Source of the DNA: Vicugna vicugna
Taxonomy: Eukaryota
DNA length: 64,000 nucleotides
NCBI GenBank assembly: GCA_013265495.1
Contig: MU058669.1
Location: 354,056-418,055 of the forward strand
Direction: 5' to 3'
The position numbers were made by a program, and so were the translations under genes. Shown here piece by piece: positions 51,071-62,682 of the stretch (position 1 is the first letter of the stretch; each line of letters opens with the position of its first letter). Under the pieces are notes generated by a model. The model ran no database searches and was not told the origin of the DNA. It worked only from the letters and a program-made list of their open reading frames with translations.

Positions 51071-51374
51071 CCAGAATATACGCCTTATGCCCTGTCTTCC
51101 ATGGATGTGGGTCTCCCGAGAAGAGGCTCCATGTTTCCTTCTATCTCTTCCAGGACCTACTATGGTGCCCCACGTGGTGTTTTTTCAAACTATGCAAAAA
51201 TAATTTCCAAATCAAGAATTAATGTGATATTAAATATGCTTCCATTCATGTTAGTACCACATTAAGCTTCTACAGGATTCTTAAGGTTTATTGCATTTGT
51301 TAAATATTCAGTGTCTTTCATATCCCTGAAAACCCCATATGCTCTAGATTTTACTAGATGATACTGACACTTTA

Positions 51375-52370
51375 TTAAGAAAACAAAAAGGCACAGTCAT
51401 ACACCAGGAGAATATATTCACAAAACATATCAGACAAAGACTTGTATTAACAGAGTATACATTTAAGAAAAAAAAAAACCTCTTAAAACTCAATAAGATA
51501 ACCCAATTAAAAATTGGCAAAAGACTTTAATAAACACTTCACAAAAGATACAAAATGGCCAATAAACATATGAAGAGATGGACTTCATGAGAGCATGTAA
51601 ATCACATGTGAGAAACATAAGTTGTATTTCTTCATACCCGTGAGAACAGCTAAGACTGATCATTCTAAGTGCTATCAAGGATAATGAACACCTAGAATTC
51701 TCATACACTGACAGTGGGAATGCAAAATGATACCACTACTTGGAAAACAATTTGGCAGTTTTTTAACACATTAAGCATACACCTACGATACAAACCCAGC
51801 CATTCGACTGTTTTTGTAGGTATTTACTCAAGAAAACAGAAACATAAATGCACACAAAGACTGGTACACAAATGTTCATGGCAGCTATGTTTGTACCAGC
51901 CAAAAGTTAGAAACAACTCAAATGTTTAGCAACAGGTGAATGGATAAACAAATGACAGTATAGCCATGTAATGGAATACTACTCAGCAATAAAAAGGAAT
52001 AAGCCACTGATACACACAAGAACATAATGAATCTCAGTATCACCATGCTTAGTAACAAAAAAGCAGGCAAAAATGAACACAAACTATATGAATAATTCTA
52101 TGTAAATTTCTAGAACATGCAAGCTCATCTAGAAGGACAGAAAGCAGGTCAGTGACTAAGTGGAGACAGAGGGAGGAACAGATTGCAAAGAGGAACAAAG
52201 AATCTTTTGGGGGATGATAGAAATGTTTGTTATGATTACGATGGTTGGTTCTCAGGTTTATACATATGTTCAAACTAATCAAGTTCCACACTTTTAAACT
52301 GGGCAGTTTATTATATTTCAGATAAACCTCAACAAAGTTGTATAAAAAAAAATACTAACACTTAAAAAAA
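51375..52370 (+). mobile_element. L1MB/ME-type ORF2 end and 3' UTR
   Basis: cactacttggaaaacaatttggcag...ggtgaatggataaacaaa...atggaatactactcagcaataaaaagg...ataaacctcaacaaagttg plus an A-rich tail. Confidence 0.9.
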
Positions 52371-54534
52371 AACTTTACTTATAGCAACAACAAGAATAAG
52401 AACAAAATAAAGCAAGCAAGCCATTCACTGGCAAAGTGAGCAAAGCCTGAAGTTGGTCTGAAAGCTTCTCTTGGAAGTGCAGCCTCAGCATAAAGAGAGG
52501 CAGGAAGGCCAAGGCAGGAAGCTCGGCAGACAGGCCTCAGATCGCAACAGGGAGCACCATAAATTTGGACTGGATATGACTGGCTTTTTGAAGTTGGCTT
52601 CATGGCAAAGCTGCTTTATTCAGTGCCCGAGCCCCTGGCAGTCCAATACTTTGAGCCTGAGACAGATGTCAGGTTGCATTCCTGTGGCCTTTTTTCTTTT
52701 CCTGTGTGCATTTCGAAAGAGTTCTGGGTGCCCTGAAGCCTTCACCCAAAAGCAGAGTTATAATGGGAGATTTCAGGCATGGCTGGAGGCCTGAAGACAC
52801 AGATCTTAGGGGGAAAGGAGAGGCAGAGTCTTCACATCGCTCCAGGCATGACTGTGCAGACTGAGCACAGCACAACCTGGGGGCGGGGGGCACTCACAGT
52901 CACGATGAAGCATGTGGTGCCCTGGAGGGTGCAGGGAGGGGAAAGAAAAGTGCCTCTGGGAGGCTGAATTCCCTGTGCTAGTCCTACCCTCAGGAAGTAT
53001 TGGGCTCTCCCATTGCTCCCTTCATCAAAGGTTATTTAAAGAAAAAAGCTTAAAAGTAAAATGTCATGGAACAGGCAAGGCAGGAAACTGCACTGTACCT
53101 CACCCATTCACTCTGCTTAGCCTGATTCTAGCCCTCGCCTGTTATATTCCTGCATTGGGTCTCTCTGGAAGCCCCTTAACCTCCAGATGTCCTGGTTTCC
53201 CCATCTGTTGGATGGAGAGATAATCCCTACCCTGCCCCCCTCACTCATTTCACACACACACACTCCACCCAAAGACTGAAGCACACATAATCCTGAGAAT
53301 CCTGGAACCCAGGGGTCAGACTGGTGGGCCACAGCCAAGACCCAGCAGGCACAGATGGCTTTATTTGGCTGGCACGATATTTAAAACTCAGGAGAGTCCA
53401 TATAAAATAATTCAGAAGTCTGTCTTTTCCTGAAGAACCCAAAGATCTGGCCTCACTGGATCCACATTCCCAAGCAGTCCGCTGGAGCTGAGGAATGAGC
53501 CCCCTTCTCACCCGCCCACAGACCCCACCAGAGGACCCTCCCCTCCCTGAGCTCACTGGGTGGGCCTGTGGGCATCTGGGTCTGTTCTCGAGTCAGAGAG
53601 AAGGGGACTTGGACTCCATCTAGTCAGACCAGCCTTCACCCAAGCTATCTCGCGACAGGCTAACCTTAAGGCAGCCCCAGCCTGGAACATTTCTCTTGAT
53701 GAGGGAACTCATTACCGGTGAGGACACTCATCAGCGGGATTCCATTGCTAGGAACTTCTTCCCTATCCTCTAGTGGAAGGCCTTTCCCACCCTCAGGCCT
53801 GGGTTCTGCTTTCCTCTCGTGTCCTCTGCCTGCCATCCCAGCATTTCAGGCATTTACAGCATCTGGTTCTTCTACGGACACTAGAGCGCCCAGTTTCTTT
53901 AGCCCTTCCTCCTTCCCTGACATTCCCAGGGTTTTCCTCTGAGAATGCTCCACCTTATTTCTGTCCTGTGAGGAGCTGGTGGAGTCTTCCTCCCCATTCC
54001 ATCCTAAGGAGCTGGTCGAATGAGTTACAAACACATGTTCCTACATGGCTTCCTTCTAATGAGCTCTAAAGAGAAGCAGCGTCACCGGGTACCATAAATG
54101 ACAGTAAATATGTTCTGTTGGTTTCAGTCTTAGCATCCTCAGTGATAAAAACAGACCTTGTGGCATCAGAGGCAGGATAACTCACACTCTCTACAAATCA
54201 TTTCTGAAACAGAAACATGAAACATCAGGGATTTCCCATGTTTTAAAAAATTACAAACATCTTGGAGTGAAAGCAATTGTTTCAAATTTTAAAAATAAGT
54301 AGCCTGTATTCTGAGGTACGTACTTTTTATGGCAGGGAAATAAAAAGATGCCAAGGTTCCCCAGTTCAGATCTAAGGTTGGAACAAGGACAAGAGACAAA
54401 AATTCTCTCTCCTGTGTTTCTCATGGCTTTCTTGAAGATCAACATAGTGGGGAGTGAAAAAAGCGCTGGACCTTTATTTCACCCCAAAGAAGTGTGTGTG
54501 TGTAAGAGAAAGAGAGACACTGAGAGGGAGGGAG

Positions 54535-55569
54535 TGGAACCGACCAGAACCCTGCAGGGTCCCCAGCCCAAGTATAAAACCAAGCAGCTAATGATGAGGA
54601 CAACAGAGTCACAGACTCAGTGTCTGATGCACATTCCTGAGTTGTCTTATAGACACTGTAACTGCCACCAGAGGGAAAAGAGCTAACTGCATGATGACCA
54701 GACTGCAGCCATGACATAAGCTACTCCATCTTGAGCAGCGCTGAGTCTATGGCTAGCACAATTCCAAGAACTGGCCTCGAGAGAATGGGGTTAACATTAC
54801 TGCTTATAGTAATCTATCTTTGTGGGCACCCAAATAAGTATAGCTTGCTCTGCCTGTATATGTAAACGGGCAACTAAACTTGTCAGCAAAGAGATGCTAC
54901 AGACCCATGTTGACATCTTCCAGTCTGAGAATACAGCACCCTATGTCAGCATGAAGAAGCCACAGAAGATGGATTTCCACCCCTGACCCCACAGAAATAG
55001 AATGATGTTTGATAGTGGGGGAATTGAAAGCAGCTCTTCTGCCCCTTTCCTGTTTACCCAGTTCTGTCCCCCTCTAACCTTAAAAGAACCTAATTATAGG
55101 AATTGTGATCACTAAGCAATTGAAACTAACTCCTGACTTATGCTCTTCCAAATGCACACCACGCCTTGTCTAACCCGCTGATTCTTTCCTTAGATAAAAA
55201 GAAGGAAGAATGGAGAATTAAGCAGTTAAAGAATGATTAGCTCTCTCCCTTCAGCAGCCCCCTTGGCAATCCTGCTGGCAGATCACAGGGCAAGACAACA
55301 TCTGAAGAGAAAGTCCGCCAGACTGCACTCAATGGAGGATGCAGAACCCAATATCCTGCCTCGATGATTCACTCAGATTCTTCCCCTCATTTTTTCCTTT
55401 AAAAGCTGTCATAGCTGAGCAGAATCTTCGGAGATGGTCTCTTGATGCGAGTCCACCATTTCCCCAGATTGCTGGGTTTTCTGATTAAAGCACTTTCCTT
55501 TCTACTGACACCTGCCTCTCAACTTACTGGATTTTGAGTGGTGAGTAGCTGAACCTGACTTTGGTAACA
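54535..55569 (+). mobile_element. ERV1-class LTR element (cetartiodactyl MER41-like), two-part structure
   Basis: TG...CA ends with a 4-bp TSD GGAG (54531-54534, 55570-55573); internal PPT-like AGTGGGGGAAT followed by TG at 55025; TATA-like TTTAAAA ~55398; ATTAAA 55484; terminus ttttgagtggtgagtagctgaacctgactttggtaaca. Confidence 0.85.
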
Positions 55570-55629
55570 GGAGGAGCGGGTGGGGGCTGAGATCTTGCAA
55601 AGGTCACTTACTGTCTGTCTCTGGATCTC

Positions 55630-55830
55630 AGTTCCCCCAGGCCCTCAAATTTACATCAGAACCACCTGGGTGTGTGCTTTGTTAGACAGACAGATTCCTC
55701 GGCACACCCACAGAAATTCTGCATCAGGAGGACGGGGTGGCGTCAGGAAGTTGGGGTCTGACAAGTGCTAGGTGATGGTGCTCCTCCCAGGTTTCTCATC
55801 TAGTGGTAACATTCTAAGCCCACTCTTCAC
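55630..55830. mobile_element. MER5-like MITE
   Basis: catcagaaccacctgg...tttgtta...cagattcct...cacccacagaaattctg. Confidence 0.65.
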
Positions 55831-56420
55831 CCTATCCTTTGGCAGGCACTCTGCGGCAGGAGGCCTGCAAGGCCCTGGGGCCATGACAGTAAACAAGTCC
55901 TACAGGCACAGCCCTCAAGAAACTCATGTACCAGTCAGGGGTAGGCGAGGTTAAGGGGAAACTGCCAAGGAAATGGATGACTGTCCCAGGATACCAATGG
56001 GACTGTGACATCCACAAGCACCGGGTGCCGAGGGAACCCACCCTGATTGACGAAGGCATGGAGGTCAGGGAAGGTTTGCTGGGGAAGGTGACGTCTCAGC
56101 AGAGACCTGAAGTATGTGGAGGACCTGCTGGGAAGCCCCACTAGGTAGCATGTCTGAGGCCTGGGGACCAGGTAGAGAACGTGTGTCTGGGGAGTGGGCG
56201 GGCTTCGCTGGACCCCACAGAGCTGGAAGGGGAGCAGGAGACGGTGACTGGAGAAGCTGACAGGGGCCAGGTCACGCAGGGCCTGGGCCGCCACACTGAG
56301 GACTCTAGATTTCCTCCTGAAGGCTGTGGGAAGCCGTGGGAGGGCTCTCAGCAGAGAAGGGACATGACCAGACTCGCACATCAGGAAGATCCCTCTGCCT
56401 GCAGTGTGACATGAAGGAGG
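55830..56420 (-). mobile_element. L2 fragment
   Basis: ggaggtcagggaaggtttgctggggaaggtgacgtctcagcagagacctgaag...cctgaaggctgtgggaagccgtgggagggctctcagcagagaagggacatgaccagact. Confidence 0.8.
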
Positions 56421-56779
56421 AAGAGGCTGGAATAGACGAGGCTTCTTTTCTTGGCTGTAAAGGCTCAGGGCTGAGTGGCCAGAGCAGCGAGTGTCAGAAC
56501 TGCTGAGGGTCAGGACTCCCAGGGAAAACCTCAGACTTTGGCTTCTTATCCCAGGGTCGGCCAGGATGGTCGCTCTTCCTTGCTGGAGAAACTTAGGGCC
56601 GGCAGAGAAGGAACCTCTCTACACACCCACCTGCCTCATTCTGTCTGGGCTGTGTGCTTCTCTCAGGCCCAGAAAGGGAGCTGGAACCTGCCAGTTGGTC
56701 TTAGGGTATCAAGAGGCAGAAGGTTCCAGAAATAGCTCAGAAGAGAAACATCCCTGATGCAAACATAAATTGGATCTTA

Positions 56780-57690
56780 ATAACTTCCTCGTGGCCAGCA
56801 CTCGGCAGTGTATGATGCTTTTGATCACCATATCTTTTTGGAGGCTCCCGGCACTCCTGGGGAAAACAGGTGCTCCCATTTTAGAGAGGAGGAAACCGAG
56901 GCCTAGAGGGCTTGAGTGGCTGGTGCAAGGTCACGGAGAGAGTTAGAAACAGAGCAGAGGCTAAGAATTCATCCTGCGGCTCTTTACTGCTATTGATCCC
57001 TAAGCCCACGGGGACTGTAATTAATTAAAATGTCTCTTCTCGGCACTGGAGACAGCCAAGTGGAGAATTCAATGAAAACGATTTGCCCAGGGTGGAAGTG
57101 TTTCATCTTGAAGTCCTGGGAGGGCTTTTGAAATGAGAGAGGGGCCGATGAGGTGGGGAGGGAGAAGGTGCCGACAGCCTGTTAGGAAATGGCATTTCTG
57201 GTTGAAAAACTCCCACTCCATGAAGGCTGAGACCGTGCAGCTGAGGCCATCCTCTGCTCTGAGGAGGTGGACAGTCCTGCTCCCAGTCAAACAGAGGGTC
57301 CGGGCTGGGGTAGGGAAGGGAGCTGGCAGGAGTGGAGGGGACAAAGCACATGCAGTTCGTCCTGTTCTACCCTCACCCCCAACATTAGTATCCAGGGCAA
57401 ATCAGGTAAATTAAACCCACACAGTTTATTTGTAGGAAGGAAAACAGGCTCCAAATGTCTCTAGTACCAAAAAATTAACAGCTATTTTTGAGCCCTTACA
57501 GAGTGCCAGGCACAAGCCCTGTCTGTATAGTCTCACAATGGATGTTTGGCATCAGTCCATGATGTTCGTAACTATTATCTCCATTTTACAGGTGGGAAAA
57601 CTGAGGTTCAAAAAGCATCACCCTTAAGGTTTTGCACAACTATGACCAATGACAAAGCCAAGATTCAAATCTCGGCCTGTATGACTGCTG
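56780..57690 (-). mobile_element. Two MIR SINEs (~56780-56985 and ~57475-57690)
   Basis: cccattttagagaggaggaaaccgaggcctagagg and ctccattttacaggtgggaaaactgaggttca cores. Confidence 0.8.
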
Positions 57691-58513
57691 AGCCTGTGTT
57701 CTGCTGGAGGAGGGGGTGGTGCCTGAGGGAAAGGCCCCCTAACCAGGTTTGTCTTGATGATGGGGGAAGGGGGATGCACTGACTCTGTGTGTATGGGAAC
57801 GTTCATTGATTTTATTTCATCTAGAAGGCAAGCTGGACTTTCTTCATCTCCTTTCTCTCCACCTGCTTTCCTGGGATGACAAAAAGGGGAACAGACATGC
57901 CATCAGACAGTGCTGAGGCACCACAAAGTCAAAGGCACAGATATCAATCCCACAGGGAAGAGGCAGCAGAACCTCCAAATCCCATGGCACTCCAGTGCCC
58001 CACTACCACCACTGCCCCTCTGCTCCTGACACACACCTGTGAGCAGGAAGGGTCGAGCAATAACCTTATTTTCCACAGGAGTCACAGAACACACAAATCT
58101 TGGGCTCCATCAGCATCACCAGGATGGAGAATAGGCCTTGAGGCTGAAGCCACTGTAGTTCACAAAGGTTGGGGAGGAGATGAGTAGGGGCAGGGAGGTC
58201 TGCCACACAGACTGAGAGGGTGGAAAACAGACCCAGTGAGAGAAGGAAGAGGAAGGACATGGGGGCTGCTCAGCCTCCAGGAGGCCTAGGGGTGATCTAT
58301 TTATCATCCTAGTTGCTCCATGGCTGTTGGAGTAATTTTTATGGGCAAACTGCCCAACAAGCCTCTGAGCACATGGGACAGGAGGTAAAAGGTTATGCTC
58401 TTATAATTAAACCATGACCACCTAGTGCTGGGCAGAGGAAAGAATGTCTCACTCATGAAGACAGGAGAGGGGAATTTTTTTCTTCCATAGGTCAACAAAA
58501 TTTAGAAGGGAAA

Positions 58514-58666
58514 GGGGGGAGGGTATAGCTCAGTGGTAGAGCACATGCCTAGCAAGCACAAGGTCGTGGGTTCAATCCCCAGTACCTCCATTTAAAAAAA
58601 AAGTAAACAAACAAACACTCAATTACCTCTCACCAAATCAAATAATAAATTAAAAAAATTTTTTTT
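58514..58666 (+). mobile_element. tRNA-derived SINE, Vic-1 (camelid) type
   Basis: GGGGAGGGTATAGCTCAGTGGTAGAGC head; A box TAGCTCAGTGG 58526-58536; B box GGTTCAATCC 58569-58578; A-rich tail; exact 15-bp TSD AATTTAGAAGGGAAA at 58499-58513 and 58667-58681. Confidence 0.93.
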
Positions 58667-58689
58667 AATTTAGAAGGGAAAAATCTGCC

Positions 58690-59340
58690 ATGGTCCACTC
58701 ATAAGTAAAAAGCAACTGTCTAGACATGAACATGAAAACATAAATGTAGCTGCCAATAGGTAGGCTTTCTAATGCAAATATCATGCTGTCATCCAATCCA
58801 TCTGGCACAGAATTTAATAAGTAAGTGATAATGGACTAAAAGAGGGTCCCAGACTACATTGAGGGATGCCATTTCTGTGTTCTTTGAAAGGGTGGTAGGT
58901 TTTCAATGAGTAAAGTCTTTAATTACTAAGCCCAGGAAGTTGCATTTTATTATTATAAACTTAAAATTTTCAAATTAATAACATTTCCTTACTGCAAAGT
59001 TAACTAGTGGGGACATTAAGGTTCTTTTGATCAACATAAAGAATTTGAGCTCAGTAATTAGAGACAACTTACAGCTTACATCTGCCTCAAAGCACCATTT
59101 CTCTATTTTGCTTTAGTTGCCCAATGTTGAGAAAACTTTTTGGATGTAACGGGTAGCAGATGCACTTTTTTTTTTTTTTAACACAACCTTCCCTACAATG
59201 TCAGGATTCTCTTTAATTAAACAGACAGAAGAAAAAGCTGGTCACCTTTGATGTGTAAAAATGTAATATATAACACACGAGTGGTTAAAAATGTTTTTTC
59301 TTCTTATTACAGCTTTAAAAAGAATTAACACACTTTGCAA
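58690..59340. promoter_or_regulatory. Candidate conserved non-coding element
   Basis: Repeat-free; octamer ATGCAAAT 58772, CTTTGAA 58882, CTTTGAT 59246, several TAATTA cores. Confidence 0.45.
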
Positions 59341-61879
59341 CAATGTCTGCGGAATCCCTGAAGCACCCACGTGGACCTCCACAGTCTCAAAGTGCTGGCT
59401 GGGATGATCTCTGCGGTTCTCCCAGCTCTGGCCCAGCCTCCTCACCCTTACATCTTGAACAGAAAGGAGCAAAACCCCAGTAGCAGAAGCCAGCCTGAAG
59501 CAAGCAGGCTTTCTGCCAAGTGCTCCCTCTTTTCCCATTTTGGAGGGGAGAGTGAGGAGGGGAAGAAGAGAAGGTAACAATTACTGCCACAGACTGCACC
59601 TGCTTAGATAAATCCATATCTACCTAGAGCTAGGAAAGCCACCAGTTGGAATAGAGAAAGGCATTCAGAGAACAGAGCAAAGAGGGCCCCGCCAGGTCCT
59701 CCTCCAGCTCCAAGGCTGCAACCTTAATCCTGATAACTCAGTGGCTTCTGGTAAAGAGACTAGCAGATCCCCGCAAAGAAGCAATTCCAAACACTATGGA
59801 GAGCAGCAATCATACCTCCAGCCGCCGTGTGTACAGACGGCAGGTCTGCATAACGCATGCCACAGCACGCTCATTCATCTTTAACCAGGACGTTATCCTT
59901 TTGCTGTCTATCTTAGGGAAAAGAAAAATCACTGGTATATCCCACATCTAGAAGAACGAAAGGGCTGGGATGATGAAGAGAAAAAAGAAAAGGGAGAGGT
60001 GGTGACCTCCACGTCCCTGGAGCTATTCAAGCCGAGACTAGGTGATTGCCTTTGAAGGCTGCTGCAGAGAGCACTCCTCCCCCGGTGAGACATTGTACTG
60101 AAAGATTCCCAAGGCTCCCTTTCAGCTCAAACTCTGTTTCTAAAAATAAAAGAAATCCTTGAAAAAAAATTTTTTTAAATCACACAAGTTACACGTGCAC
60201 ACAATCATATCTTAGGATCAACAACAGTATGATAGTATTTACGACGCATTTTCCCCACATGCATTTTCTCAGGTTACCATCACCACAGCCCTGCGACACA
60301 GTGACTGCTGTCATTATTCCCATTTTGGAGGTAGGACAAGGGCTCTGAGTTTAAGTAATTGCTCTGAGGTCAGACAGCTGAGAGCAGACATCGCTGACAG
60401 CTCCAGGCTTCTCGCTGACATTTTTCCTCCTCCTCCTCTTCCCTCAGCCTCTTCCCTTTCTGTCTCATGGTGGGTACGGTGTAACAATGAGAAGATGGAG
60501 GAGAGATGCAGAGAAGGAGCCTCCTGTACAGGTAACTGGCTGAAGCCCCTCCCATCACTTCGTGCCACCAGATGATTCACAGAAGACTTAACTTATAACC
60601 TCAGTGGGTAACGAACATACTGAGATACTAAACAATTTTTAAAAATTGTTTCACGCATATCCGAGTTTTAAAAAGAAAAAATTAGCCCACTTTTTAAGTT
60701 TAAAAAAAGGAAGCGTTTTAGTCTAAAGTGAGAAAATGAAAGGAAGAAAAGGGTTTATTTCCCCTTTTTTTTCAAAGTAGGTTCTGCCATTCCCATGGGT
60801 GGCGCGTGAGTGCATGCTGCTTCTGAGATCACAGTGAATGAAGCATTCGGATGAATTCGACAACGAACCAGCACGGAAGACAAATGCTAATTCACTAAAG
60901 AAAAAAAAGCTTCATTCTAAAAAGTAAGTCCCTTAAGTTGGGTATCCCATTTGAATTTTCAAAAAGAGAGCCCACCCGGTTCTTGATTTTGTTTGGAGGC
61001 TGTTTTGATCCTCAGAATTCAGATTGAAACTGATTTTCCTCAAAAGTGTTTTAGCAAAGAGGGTGTGGGTGGCAATTGGTATGGGGTAGTGACTCCCATC
61101 AAACTTTTCTGTATTCCAAGTGCTTAAAGGAGCCACAGTTTCTCAAATGGCTGGAAGACAGTGAGGAGTCCCAAAGCCTAGTGTGCAAACACCTTCTTCA
61201 TCTTCTTTCTGATGGAGGACCCTGGAGGGGACTGGTGGCCAAGCCCTTCTAGTAAGAGGCCCTGGGAGCTCAGAAAGGTTTAGTAATTGGCTCAAGGACA
61301 CACAGCCTAGACTTATATCCTGACCTATATCTGGAACAGTGCTACCTGATTCTCAACAGGGAAAGCACTTCCAAAGAAAGTTGCGAGCTCAAGTTCAGCT
61401 TCCTAAAACCCAGCTTGGCCACAATCTGGGCATACACGGAACCATGGGGTGAGTTTAACAGCAAGCAGACACAGGAAAATTGAGGTTTTAGGGTAGAAGG
61501 AGTAACTCTCACTTGGGTGAGAGCTTCTCTGTTATTAAAACTAAAAGAGAAATCAGACAAGAGGCCCAAGGAGGCAGGTTTCAAGCGTTCAGGTTTTTGC
61601 TCAGTGATCACCACAGGGAAGTAGAGGGTGGAAGTGTAGGTGACTCAGGCTGAGTCTGGTTGACCACTCAGCACCCAACTCCCTCAGGTTGACCAGATGA
61701 CGCTCCAGCTGCATCCCTGCTGGTCCTTCTCCAGCCCCAGGGCCTACTTGGGCTACAAAGCCCTCCTCAAAGTTCCCCAAGGGGATCAAGCCATTTCCTG
61801 CCCTCTTGCCTTTGCCCTTGGGGGATCCTCCTCCTAACATCCCTTTCCTCTTTTCTTCATTTATTTTTGTTCACCGAAT

Positions 61880-62260
61880 TTTTAAAAACTTTTTGTCATG
61901 AAATAATTTCAAATTTATAGAAAAGATGCATGAAAAGCAAAATGAACTCCTATCTTTCATCCATGTTTGTTGTCAATATTTTTCACATTCATTTTCTCTT
62001 TCATTCTCCCTCTCCCCCATCTATCTGTATCTGTATTTTTTTCCTGAAACATTTGAGAGGAAGTTGAAGACATAATTATTCTATAATCCTAAATTCTTCA
62101 GTGTGTATTTCTTAAGAACATCAAAATCAGGAAATTTAACACTGATATAATGCTATTAACTGATCTATTGTCAATATCCAAATTTTGCCAATTGTTCCTA
62201 TAAGATCCTTTATGCTAACTTTTATTTTCCTAGTGCAGGATCCAGTTCAACATTGTTCAT
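61880..62260 (-). mobile_element. L1MC/ME 3' end
   Basis: tgaaataatttcaaatttatagaaaag...catttgagaggaagttgaagacat...aaatcaggaaatttaacactgata...caggatccagttcaa. Confidence 0.8.
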
Positions 62261-62441
62261 TCATTTTCTTGTTGATCAAATACGTCATATGCCAGGCACT
62301 GTATAAAGCACTGGAGATAAAATAATGAGGGTGGGAAACAGACACAGCCACTGTCCTCCTGGTGCTTATAGTTTAGTAGAGAGGCATATTAATTGAATAA
62401 TCACACTAATTTTAAGTTACTGTAATCACAAACTAAGACAT

Positions 62442-62443
<2 letters not shown>

Positions 62444-62481
<38 letters not shown>
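62444..62481. repeat. (GT)19 microsatellite inside an L2 fragment (~62260-62680, - strand)
   Basis: Perfect GT run read directly. Confidence 0.97.
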
Positions 62482-62484
<3 letters not shown>

Positions 62485-62682
62485 GGCTCTGTGCAGGACA
62501 CCTGGCTCGTTCAAGGTCAGTAGGAGCTGGGGATGGTGCAGAGGGGAGAGACCTGAAGTGGAGTTTAGCCTGTATTTCAGAACAACATGAAGCCACTGAT
62601 AGGTCCCCAGGAGAGCCAGCGGCATGATTTACATTTCCAAAAGGCCATTCTGGCTACTGTGTGAAGAAAGATAATGAAAATA

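Noticed and set aside
58514..58590. tRNA gene (Ala-like)
   Set aside because: It has an A-rich tail and a 15-bp TSD, so it is a SINE head and not a functional tRNA gene.
14071..60176. Recurrent A7-9T7-8 palindromes (14071, 14463, 58652, 60162)
   Set aside because: Such tracts commonly arise from poly(A) slippage and micro-inversion, one is a SINE tail, and there is no regular spacing or shared flank.
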